In this document: in pieces, positions 16,274 through 26,400 of the stretch
Position numbering within the stretch: the stretch's first letter is position 1
How the letters are laid out: each line of letters begins with the position of its first letter
Origin: a virus
Taxonomy: Duplodnaviria > Caudoviricetes
Virus record (IMG/VR): IMGVR_UViG_3300033076_000936
Span: 1 to 30,240 of that record
Direction: 5' to 3' (one strand)
Length of the DNA: 30,240 nucleotides
Position numbers and translations under genes: made by a program
The notes under the pieces: model-generated
What the model was told of the DNA's origin: nothing
The model's database searches: none
The model's input: only the letters and a program-made list of their open reading frames with translations

Positions 16274-18736
16274 ATGGCTGACGATATAAACAAAGATGCT
16301 GAAAGAAGGTTAGAACACGAAGCTGAACTACGTAGAAAAATAGCGGAATCTTCAGCCGAATACCTTAGATTGCTTAAGGATATAAAAGCTATGCATAAAA
16401 ACATAGCTACGGTTGATAAAGAAATTGAGAAGAAGACTAAAATTATTAACGAATTAACCGCTAAAAATACAGCTGAAGCTAAAGCTCAACTAGCAATTGA
16501 AGAGGCATCGTTATCAATTTTAAAGAAAAAGAAAGAAACTTTAGAGGAAGCAACAAAAACAATGACACGAGTGGCTAAAGAAACTCGTGGTTTGGATAAA
16601 TCATTTGCTTTTTTTGGTGAAGCGGCTAAAGATGTTGGAACAATAGTTAGAACTGTTAAAAACGGTTATGGTTTATTAAAAAATTGGGCTGGATTATTTG
16701 AAATAGATAAATCAATTAGAACTGCAACTCTAAGTATGGGGTTGTTGGATAAGCGTGGACAAAGTTTTAGAGATACGGTTAAAGCTGCTGGTAATAATAC
16801 AATAAGCTTTGGTGTTGGTATCAAAGAATTAGCGGCTTTACAAGCTAATTTTAGTGAAGAATTAGGGCGTAGTGTATTATTAACACAAGATGGTCTTGAA
16901 GCATTAGGACAAATGGCCGCTGCGTCTAATTTAGGTGCTGAAGGTGCGGCTAAAATGACAGCTGAAATGGAACAGCAAGGTTTTTCTGCTCAGCGTACAC
17001 GTGATTTTGTTGAACAGACAATGAACGATGCTAGCAAGATGGGTCTAAATGCTTCAAAAGTTGTTAAAAATATTCAACAAAACATGAAGATGTTGAATAA
17101 ATACAATTTCAAAGGTGGTGTTAAAGGATTAGCCAAAATGGCTGAAACAACGACTAAGTTAGGCATCGATATGAATTCAGTAACTGGAATGGCTGATAAA
17201 CTATTTGACATTGAAGGTGCTGTCGATATGTCTGCTCAATTACAAGTATTGGGTGGTTCATGGGCTCAATTGGCCGACCCATTTCATTTGATGTATATGG
17301 CTCGTAATGACATGGCTGGTTTGACTGAAGAGATTGGTAAGGCAGCTGCTAGTTCTGCGCATTTTAACAATGAAAACAAAGATTTTGAGATATCAGCATT
17401 GGAGATGCATAGACTTAGAAAAGTTGCTGAACAAACTGGTATGAGTTATGAAGATTTAGCTACAGCTGCTAAGAATGCTGCTAAATATTCAAATGTAAAA
17501 AGACAAATGCGTTTTAACTTTAATGATAAAGCAACGCAAGAATTTATTGAAAACACTTCAGAATTTAACGAAAAAGGTGAAGCTTTTATTAATATAAATG
17601 GTCAACCTAAATTGGTTAAACAATTAAGTGAATTAGATAGAAACACACTTAAATCAATGATGACTGAGCAAAAATCATTGAAAGAAAGGGCTGAAGCTGC
17701 ACAAACATTTGATGAGAAAATAACCAATTTAATAAATCAAATCAAACAGCTACTACTTCCAGTATTGGAGGGTATAGATAAAGGGTTGAGACCTATATTG
17801 GATAAATTTTCTAACGCATTAAAAGATAAGAAATTTTATGAAACCATACAAAAATTTGGTGAAACTATTGGAGGTCTTATCACTACAGTTGGTAAATTTA
17901 TTTTCAAACACCCTGTTTGGAGCGCTGCTTTGTTTGGTGTATTTGAAGCCGCTAAATGGATTGCTAATGGTATATCTTTGGGAATAGGTTTCAATAGAAC
18001 TGCTAATGTAGGCGGTGGTAAAAGTGGTGGAGGTGGTATAGGTGATATTTTAGAATCTATGGGTGGTGGTAAGAAAGGTAGTTTTGTTAAAAATTACAAA
18101 GGATTAAGAAGTATGGGTGACACCAGATTAGGTGCCGCTAAATCTGCGTTTAAATGGAGTGGTGGTGCTGGTAAAATGTTAGGTGGAGCTGGAGCTGGTG
18201 TATTGACTGGTGCTATTGATAGTATTGATGCATTTTCTGAAGGTAAAAAAGCTGAAGGGTTTGGTAATATAGCTGGTGGTGTATTAGGTGGAGCTTTAGG
18301 TAGCCTTTTGGGTCCTGTAGGTACCATGATAGGTGCTCAATTAGGTTCTATGGCTGGTGGTTATATTGGTGGATTGATGGAAGAAGATGAAGACGAAAAA
18401 TTTGAAAAGAGCATTAGAATGCATGATGGTATCGTTTTCAATCAGAGAGACAAATTCATGAAGATGAACGATGGGACAATGATTGCAGGTACAAATGTAA
18501 ATGGAAATAAAGATTTAGCCAAAGCAATTACCAATCAATCAGGGGTATCGGCACCTTCATCAATGAAAATTGAATTTGGTGAGATTAAATTTGATGGTGA
18601 AATTAAACTTTCACTTCCAGGAAATCAAAAAACAACCCTGGATTTGAAGAATGACCCTATTTTCATGAGAGAATTGACTAAGATAGTGCATACAGAAACT
18701 AAAAAAGCAATTGATGGTGGTAAAGTAAAACCTTAA
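16274..18736 (+). CDS. Tape measure protein
   Basis: 820 aa, helical and A/K/E/M-rich, with an N-terminal coiled coil and a late Gly-zipper hydrophobic region (GGVLGGALGSLLGPVGTMIGAQLGSMAGG). It lies between the chaperone and baseplate genes. Confidence 0.8.
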   Translation: MADDINKDAERRLEHEAELRRKIAESSAEYLRLLKDIKAMHKNIATVDKEIEKKTKIINELTAKNTAEAKAQLAIEEASLSILKKKKETLEEATKTMTRVAKETRGLDKSFAFFGEAAKDVGTIVRTVKNGYGLLKNWAGLFEIDKSIRTATLSMGLLDKRGQSFRDTVKAAGNNTISFGVGIKELAALQANFSEELGRSVLLTQDGLEALGQMAAASNLGAEGAAKMTAEMEQQGFSAQRTRDFVEQTMNDASKMGLNASKVVKNIQQNMKMLNKYNFKGGVKGLAKMAETTTKLGIDMNSVTGMADKLFDIEGAVDMSAQLQVLGGSWAQLADPFHLMYMARNDMAGLTEEIGKAAASSAHFNNENKDFEISALEMHRLRKVAEQTGMSYEDLATAAKNAAKYSNVKRQMRFNFNDKATQEFIENTSEFNEKGEAFININGQPKLVKQLSELDRNTLKSMMTEQKSLKERAEAAQTFDEKITNLINQIKQLLLPVLEGIDKGLRPILDKFSNALKDKKFYETIQKFGETIGGLITTVGKFIFKHPVWSAALFGVFEAAKWIANGISLGIGFNRTANVGGGKSGGGGIGDILESMGGGKKGSFVKNYKGLRSMGDTRLGAAKSAFKWSGGAGKMLGGAGAGVLTGAIDSIDAFSEGKKAEGFGNIAGGVLGGALGSLLGPVGTMIGAQLGSMAGGYIGGLMEEDEDEKFEKSIRMHDGIVFNQRDKFMKMNDGTMIAGTNVNGNKDLAKAITNQSGVSAPSSMKIEFGEIKFDGEIKLSLPGNQKTTLDLKNDPIFMRELTKIVHTETKKAIDGGKVKP

Positions 18737-18793
18737 TAATCAATTAGTTGAAGTGAATTTTTAAAAAACTTTAAAAAATTATTGATATCAACC

Positions 18794-18824
18794 TTGACAA
18801 AACAGAAAAAATATCGTACTTTTG
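18794..18824 (+). promoter_or_regulatory. Bacteroidota-type housekeeping sigma promoter
   Basis: TTG (18794-18796), 20-nt spacer, TACTTTTG (18817-18824), matching the -33/-7 consensus. It also reads as TTGACA-N17-TACTTT. Confidence 0.7.
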
Positions 18825-18828
18825 CAAA

Positions 18829-18941
18829 GAGGGTATTAATAAAATAATAGATTATAATATACTATTAATTACTATTAAATATTACTACTTAACTATATTA
18901 CTTTATTATAATTATTAAAAGGCACATAGTGTGCCTTTTTT
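18829..18941 (+). ncRNA. Putative ~110-nt non-coding transcript or origin-associated RNA
   Basis: Bounded by the promoter and the terminator, with no ATG. Bases 18851-18920 contain no G and only 6 C. Confidence 0.4.
18917..18941 (+). terminator. Rho-independent terminator
   Basis: AAAAGGCACA-TAG-TGTGCCTTTTTT. Confidence 0.88.
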
Positions 18942-18991
18942 ATTTTAAGGCATTTCAATCATTTATTTTAGGAAAAATTTGATTAGAATAG

Positions 18992-18999
18992 TATTTATA
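18992..18999 (+). promoter_or_regulatory. Putative late promoter TATTTATA (baseplate operon)
   Basis: 16 nt before ATG 19016 and downstream of a terminator. Confidence 0.7.
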
Positions 19000-19015
19000 G
19001 AAAAATGTAATTACT

Positions 19016-22000
19016 ATGCCATTTCCTTTTTACAATACGGCTGCGCCAACATCAACTAGCAAGAACACTATCAATAGTGTAACGGTTGACTATGGCATTA
19101 GAGATTTTTTATTGAATTGTAATTTAGGTCCAGTATATCCACAAATTGCAACGAATATCAATGGTAGCCCACATATTGGTGAACCTGTATTAGATACAAG
19201 TATCAATGGTAATACCAATGTAACACCTCAAGGTCTTCCTTTGGAAACATGGGGCTTATTTCGTTACAATATAGCTGTTTTACCTAACCAATTCCAAAAC
19301 AATGACCAAAATGCACCTGAACTAATTAGTGTTGATGATATAACTCAAACTCAAGGTGTATTTGGTTCTGTAGATTTTCCACAAGGTTCTGAATATCCAA
19401 CTTCACCAACTACAGAAGTAGGTCAATATGGTATTTTAGGTAAATCGGAGTATGCTCAATTTAGAAAAAACGCAACAAGGTTTAATCTTTATTTAGACGC
19501 TTCAAAACAAACTGATATGAGTGATTATATCAGTCTTCAACCAATTCAGTATAATGAGCAAATTTCGGGCTATTTAGACGAGTTTGGACAGCTTAACCAA
19601 GGTGGAGGTCCACAAGTTCAATCAGCTAACGTTATAGGCAGTTTATTAAACGGACAAGGTGTTGGTTTAGCCAAGGGTGGTATCATACCTAATTTCGATG
19701 TTAGAGCTTCTTTGGCTGGACGTACATTGGGTGCAACAGGTGTTATCAATGATTCTAGATTAGGTCAAATAGGTGGTCAACAATTAGCATTTGCTTTGGC
19801 CAACAATGCTGCATTTAATGTTGAACAAGATATATTGGGTAGCCTAAATGTTCAAGATAATATTTTGGCATTGGTTAAAGGTGGTCCACTTCCAGGACTA
19901 AGACCTGATTATAAAATTACTGTACCGACTGGTGGTGGAGCAAAAGCTTTTGATTACGCTGCAAGTATATTAGGATTTACATTACCTAAGAGTTATTTGA
20001 ATGATAACGCTTCAATATTTTCATCTGAAAATAAAAATGGTAACATTCAAAGAGCAAATGCTATGATTGAAAACACTGGTAAAGGTCAGTTTCAATCTCT
20101 TATAGCAAATGTGAATGCAAACTTGATTGGTACTAGTACATATGACAACCCAACTAACACACCATTTAGAAGCGGTTATGTTCCAGGATATGCCAAAGGT
20201 GATTCTGATGCTAGCATCAATCCAACTTTATATGCTTTTTATGATGATGTAACAAAAGGTACTATATTAAACTTTTTACTACCTAGTAAAGATGACCCTA
20301 ATGGTTTGATACCGCAAATATCTTTTAATCGTCCTAATATGATTAAAAAGTATGGGTTTATTGCGCCTGAAGATACTTATTCTGGACCAAGAGGTAATAC
20401 TGGTTATGATGAACGAAAAGTCAGTAACGTTGGGTTTACTTGGACCAGTAATGTAGGTGGTACTGTAAATACTGGTAAATGGATAGATAGAGATGACAAT
20501 CTACATACTGAAAATGATGAATTACCAATTGGTGATGTAGAAGGTTTACACCCTAAAAAATCTTTGTTAGCTAAAACACAAAAATTATTTAACAGCAAAG
20601 GTATGTTGAATATTGTCACAGCAAAAGGTGATATGGATAAAAAATCTAGTCAAATTGAAACAGCCAACGGACATGGTTTTTCAAAAGGTAGTGCTGTGTT
20701 GAGAGGTAATAGATACGTTAATGGTAAATTTGATGGACAATATAAAGACGCTGAAAACACATATTGTAGAAGTTGGACTACTTTGGATAGATATGACAAA
20801 GTTAACAAACTTATTAGACATAGAGGGTTAGACATAAAATACCCATTCAGAAATCAGGTTAATAATTCTGTTTTGGATGATAATGGTTTTGTAAAAATTG
20901 CACCTTATATTGATGATGTTTATGACAATGGTAACGTTAAAAGATATATGTTTTCTATTGAAAATTTAGCTTGGTATGATGCTGTTGAGTCTTTAATGCC
21001 ATGTGAACAAGGTCCAGGAGACCTTCTAACTGGTAAAAAAGGTCGTATTATGTGGTTTCCACCATACGATATTCAATTCAATGAAACATCTAGTGTAAGT
21101 TGGGAAAAAAATGATTTTATTGGTAGAGGTGAATCAATTTATACATATAACAACACAGAACGTAGTGGTTCGTTATCATTTAAAATGATTATTGACCACT
21201 CAAACTATATGAATGCATTTTCAGACCCTAATGGTCCAGATGATAATTATGTTGCTTCGTTTGTGGCTGGTTGTTTAGAAGAAGACCAATACTATATTAA
21301 CAAATTAACAAAGTTAGAACAACAAGAGATAAAAAATAACGAAGAATTAAAACCAGAAAGACGTGTAGCTCCAAAAGAATTAGAACCAACTAGTTTTAAT
21401 GTCTATTTTCCAAATGACGTATACAAAATAAGTACTGTGATAGATACTGGTTATGAAAATGGTTTGAAAAATAGTGGCTCAACAGTTGGTACCGAACCAA
21501 TAGATTATAGTCAAACACCAAATGGTGCTGGTTTTGGTATTGTAGAATGTCAAGGTCAAGAAACACCACGTAGAAATACAGCTGGAAATGATATAAAAGG
21601 TGAACCATTTAGTACATATCTAGATAGATACAACTATGGTTTAAACGGTGTTAAACAACCATTAAATGCAAATAATCAAACATTTGATGGTTGGATTAAT
21701 GATTTAGGGTATTTTGATGCTTTAAAAACACATTTAACTGATGTTTGTAAACATTGTGTGATAAAAGTTCATTCAAGTGCTAGTGTACAAGGTACAGCTA
21801 CTCACAACCAAAACCTAGCAAACAATAGAGCTAAACAAGTAATTGATTATCTAAAATCTAAATTAGGTAATACGATTGTTGATAGTAGATACAAAATTGT
21901 GTCCCAACCATTAGGTTCTAGAGCTGGTTGTACTGCTAACGGTGATGTCGATACAAAAGAATGTAAAGAAGATAGACACACGTTTGTCAAATTTGAGTTT

Positions 22001-23083
22001 GACCAAACGTTAGCGGATATTGATGAAAATAATAAACCACAACCTAAAAAGTTTAAAAGAACTACAATTAAACAAGAAGTAAGAAATAGATTCTATAATG
22101 AATGTTCTTATTTTGAAAAAGTTAAAACAACAGACCCATTTATTTATGATTCATTTAGTCAAAAAATAAGATATTTCCATCCAAGTTTTCACTCAACAAC
22201 ACCTGAAGGTTTTAATTCTAGATTAACGTTTTTACAACAGTGTACTAGACAAGGACCTACAAAAGAAAGTTTGGGTGCTATAAATTTAGCATTTGGTAGA
22301 GCACCTGTTTGTATTCTTAGAATAGGTGATTTTTACAATACAAAAATTATCATTGATAATTTGAATATTGATTACGAACCATTGGTGTGGGACCTTAATC
22401 CAGAAGGTGTGGGTGTACAACCTATGATTGCAAATGTGAATATTTCGTTTAAATTCATAGGTGGTTCAACGCTTAGAGGTGCTATTAATAAATTACAAAA
22501 TGCGTTGTCATTTAACTATTATGCTAACAGTCAAGTTTTTGACCCAAGAGCTGATTATTTAGATTACAAAGATAATTCATGGTCGTTAAAAGTTGGTGAT
22601 TTAAATATGAATAATCCTTTAGACACTAAAATTTTAAGTACGCAAACTGAAACAATAACACAAGATGATTTAGCTGAAGCATCTGCTAATGCTGAAGCAA
22701 AAAAACAACCTGCGTCACCACCTTCTTCAACACCAATTAAAGAAATCGATAGATTTTCAATTCAAGATGGTTGTGTAATACTTACAAGTGATGGTACTTT
22801 ATCATTGGATATTAATACTGAAAGCTATGTAACTACTAAAAATTATGATTTGACTATTATGTTAAAATCATCAACCAACTCAAATGTTTATACGTATGTT
22901 GAAGCAGAATTTCTAGTAAGTGGTACAGATAGATGGTTAACTGAAAAGTATGGAAGTGAATTTACACCAACATTTGATGGTTTAAATTTAGATGCTTCAT
23001 ACAATGTGGCTTCAATTAGAATCATTGAATCAGGTAATCCATCAAACATTAGAGTTATAAATTCAAACATTTCAAGACAATAA
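19016..23083 (+). CDS. Large baseplate / tube-initiator-like protein with an inserted OmpA-like domain
   Basis: Tube-fold-like motifs WFPPYDIQFNETSSVSW...IGRGESIYTYNNTERSGSLSF and PVCILRIGDFY...MIANVNISFKFIGG flank VYFPND...SSASVQG...NQNLANNRAKQVIDYL...DR. Confidence 0.65.
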   Translation: MPFPFYNTAAPTSTSKNTINSVTVDYGIRDFLLNCNLGPVYPQIATNINGSPHIGEPVLDTSINGNTNVTPQGLPLETWGLFRYNIAVLPNQFQNNDQNAPELISVDDITQTQGVFGSVDFPQGSEYPTSPTTEVGQYGILGKSEYAQFRKNATRFNLYLDASKQTDMSDYISLQPIQYNEQISGYLDEFGQLNQGGGPQVQSANVIGSLLNGQGVGLAKGGIIPNFDVRASLAGRTLGATGVINDSRLGQIGGQQLAFALANNAAFNVEQDILGSLNVQDNILALVKGGPLPGLRPDYKITVPTGGGAKAFDYAASILGFTLPKSYLNDNASIFSSENKNGNIQRANAMIENTGKGQFQSLIANVNANLIGTSTYDNPTNTPFRSGYVPGYAKGDSDASINPTLYAFYDDVTKGTILNFLLPSKDDPNGLIPQISFNRPNMIKKYGFIAPEDTYSGPRGNTGYDERKVSNVGFTWTSNVGGTVNTGKWIDRDDNLHTENDELPIGDVEGLHPKKSLLAKTQKLFNSKGMLNIVTAKGDMDKKSSQIETANGHGFSKGSAVLRGNRYVNGKFDGQYKDAENTYCRSWTTLDRYDKVNKLIRHRGLDIKYPFRNQVNNSVLDDNGFVKIAPYIDDVYDNGNVKRYMFSIENLAWYDAVESLMPCEQGPGDLLTGKKGRIMWFPPYDIQFNETSSVSWEKNDFIGRGESIYTYNNTERSGSLSFKMIIDHSNYMNAFSDPNGPDDNYVASFVAGCLEEDQYYINKLTKLEQQEIKNNEELKPERRVAPKELEPTSFNVYFPNDVYKISTVIDTGYENGLKNSGSTVGTEPIDYSQTPNGAGFGIVECQGQETPRRNTAGNDIKGEPFSTYLDRYNYGLNGVKQPLNANNQTFDGWINDLGYFDALKTHLTDVCKHCVIKVHSSASVQGTATHNQNLANNRAKQVIDYLKSKLGNTIVDSRYKIVSQPLGSRAGCTANGDVDTKECKEDRHTFVKFEFDQTLADIDENNKPQPKKFKRTTIKQEVRNRFYNECSYFEKVKTTDPFIYDSFSQKIRYFHPSFHSTTPEGFNSRLTFLQQCTRQGPTKESLGAINLAFGRAPVCILRIGDFYNTKIIIDNLNIDYEPLVWDLNPEGVGVQPMIANVNISFKFIGGSTLRGAINKLQNALSFNYYANSQVFDPRADYLDYKDNSWSLKVGDLNMNNPLDTKILSTQTETITQDDLAEASANAEAKKQPASPPSSTPIKEIDRFSIQDGCVILTSDGTLSLDINTESYVTTKNYDLTIMLKSSTNSNVYTYVEAEFLVSGTDRWLTEKYGSEFTPTFDGLNLDASYNVASIRIIESGNPSNIRVINSNISRQ

Positions 23084-23084
23084 T

Positions 23085-23405
23085 ATGGCACAATACGCAG
23101 ACAGATATAGTAAATTTAGAGCTAACGCTAACATGTTACCAGTTTTCGGTATAACTTTACCAGTTTCACAAAATGATAAAACTCTTGTATACAGAAAAGG
23201 TCATACAAGACTTGACAATGTTAGTAATGATTATTATAATAACCCATATTGTGGGTGGTTAATTATGTTGGCAAATCCACAATTTGGTGGTCTTGAATTT
23301 AATATTCCAGACCAATCAATAATAAGAATACCGTTTCCTTATGAAGATGCAATAGGTAGATATGTTAATGAAATACAAACACATTTAAAGTTATATGGCA
23401 AATGA
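23085..23405 (+). CDS. LysM-like baseplate wedge protein (T4 gp53 / P2 gpX-like)
   Basis: RLDNVSNDYYNNPYCGWLIMLANP...IPDQSIIRIP. Confidence 0.8.
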   Translation: MAQYADRYSKFRANANMLPVFGITLPVSQNDKTLVYRKGHTRLDNVSNDYYNNPYCGWLIMLANPQFGGLEFNIPDQSIIRIPFPYEDAIGRYVNEIQTHLKLYGK

Positions 23406-26400
23406 TTTAAATCCTAAAACAATAGGATGTTCAGCTGGAAAGACAATATTAGTAGACCCAAATAATTTTGATGGACATTCAAGTTCATCAAACATTTCTG
23501 TGCCTTTAGAAGACCTTTCAATTTATGTTCAATTGGAAACTACCAAAAGGGCCAGAACTATATTGCAAACTGGCGGCCAAACAAATACAAAAGGTTTTAA
23601 AGTTAATTTTATTGAAGGTACTAGTGATAATACAACAGGTAATCAAAGAGTATTAACAACAAGATATACTGATTTAACAACTGATTTTAGTGACCCATCA
23701 GATGGTGAAACTTTAGGTATTACTTCTATAGATATAGATTTTAATACATCTTATGCGCCATTGGTTGTTATTAACTTTGTAGATGTGAGAGGTACGTCTA
23801 TTTTTCAAAATGAAGGTCAATTAATGAGTAGTAAATTCTCTACTCTATTTCAAATACCTTACCCTATTTTTACTTTGACAATCAAAGGTTATTATGGTAT
23901 GCCAGTTAAATATGATTTGCATATGACTAAGTTCAATGCAAAATTTAATTCTAAAACAGGTAATTTTGAAATAACAGCTAACTTTGTTGGTTATACCTAT
24001 GCATTCTTGTCTGATATGCTTATTGGCTATTTAAGAGCTATTCCACACACAGCTGTTGGTAGTGAAACATTTAAAGATTATGCAAAAGCAAGACCTTACA
24101 TTTTAAAAATTGATGATTTAATTCAAGCCATATCAACAATCGATTCAACATTAAGTAAATTAAAAGCTGAAGACTCAGAAGTACAATCTTATACTAACAT
24201 TAATGAAAAATTAGAAAACTACGATAACTTTTACTTTGTAATTAATACTTTTGGTAACAGTGTAGGTCACATAAAAGACCAAAACGAATATAAATTTATT
24301 ATTCTTAGAAATGATTTTACAGCGACTGACACACTTAATAGCCATATTGACACTTATAACACTAGTATGAAAAAAGAAGTCGATGATTTTAACGCTTCTA
24401 GTATTAAAATTGATATCGATTCTGTATCTTCAAGCAACTTCAAAATTTATCAAAATGTTTCTTACGATATTTTAAATAGTGAAGACCAAAAAGTTATTGA
24501 TACTTGGCCACAAAGTTTAAAAACTGATACTCTTAGAAGAGAACAGTTAATTTCTTATTTTAGTAAAGTAGGTAGAACTGATGTTGTTACTATCTATGAT
24601 TTAACTGACGTGTATGATTCATTAAGTGTTAAAAAAACAGAATTACAAAAAACTGTAGAGAGTGAAGAACTTAAAATAGGTGAAAAAGTAAGATTACAAA
24701 TCAAGACGTTACTTAAAGGCTTGGACCCAACTATTAGAAATATTGTTGAAATATTTACAGCATCAGTTGAAGTTTTTATGGAAAGTTTATTTAAAGTTTC
24801 AGAAACAGCTTTGTCTAGTGCAAAAAGAGAGGCTCAACTAAAAAAATTAGTTAATAAAAATGCTTTGGATTCTATTTCAAAATTAGATTATTTAAGTGAT
24901 TCTACTTCTAACATTGGTAAAAATTCAAGTAGTGGTGAACAAGAAAAAATATTTTATCCATGGCCAGAGTATAGAGATAAATCAGATACTGAAAAAACAT
25001 TTGTTGAAACTTATTTAGGTAAATTAGGAGTATTAGATACACCTTCAGATGTCACCGAATTAAATTTTATAGATGATTTGTTAAATGGTTTTATAACCTC
25101 ACAAAAATTGGCTTCGAATGCCGAAATACAAGAAGAAAAAAACAAATCAACATGGTATCCTGTAAATCCTTTGGACACCAAGATATTTTTTCAAAACTAT
25201 CCTTATACTAGAATAAACAACACAAACTTAAATGAAATAGTTGCTAATTCTGTTATTAGAGCTATGATTTTTATGGGTATTTCTAATGAAATTTTAACAC
25301 CAGAAGAAATTGAACAATTTGCTAGTGTTGAAGCTGATATGATATTTGAAGATACTGATGACAAGATTAAAGCTAATTTAACAAATTTAACTTTACAAAA
25401 CTTTAAAGATGCTTTTGCAAAATATAAAGCAAATGTTTCTACAAGTATAATCAAACATATTGATAAGGTTGAAAATGTTTCTGACGCAGGGTATGAATAT
25501 CAATACATGTTTGATAACTTTACCATGAAACTATTCCCTTTTAGTCATGGTGATAATAATTCATTAGATTTTAGTCTTGAACCAAATACAACAAAAACGT
25601 TAGAATATTTTAATACTGATAAAACAAATAATATATTTTTAACAAATTACAGCACCACCAACGTTTTTGTTGGTAAATCGTTTAGTGACTATCAAGATAT
25701 AGTAGAAAGTAATAATTTTAGTGGACAACAATTGTTTAAAAAAGTAGAAGATGGTTCTATGTTTGTTAAAATTTTGTCACCTAATTTTGTTAATGGTTTT
25801 GTACAACCGTTCAAAACACCAATAACTACTAATCCAATAGCGCACAATTATAGCATACTAACAACAAAATCACAAGTTGAAATTAAAGAGCTAACACTAA
25901 AAAAAGAAAATGGAAGTTATGGGATTGATTTTGGTCAATTTAGTGGTTCTTTTGGTGTTCCAGAATTTTATAAAGCTGTATTCCCAATACCTGAATTGGG
26001 TGAATCAGCACCATATAGAATAGGCTTCTTTAATGGTGTTTATCAGAATATTGGTGAAAATATTTTGCTTAAAAACCAAGGTTATTCTAGAAGAACCAAA
26101 ACAACAAAAATAGATTTGAGCAATAGTAAAGTACCAATTTTTAATGGTAATGATTTTGCATTTGATGAAGATTATGCTTCTGAAGATTACTTCCCAAGAA
26201 ATAATTTTGGTAATCCTTTAATGTTGAAAAAAATAATAGATAATGATGTGTCTGAAATTTCATTTCCTTATTTATTATACAAAAATGCTGACGATAATTA
26301 CATCAATATTTTTACTAGTAGATTATACTATAAACAAAAAACAAATTTAGCTAAAGCGTTTTTATTTTTACATTCATTACCATTAGCTGGCTTAACGACA

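Noticed and set aside
18851-18920. CRISPR-like mini-array
   Set aside because: The repeats are only about 9 nt, degenerate and adjacent, with no spacers.
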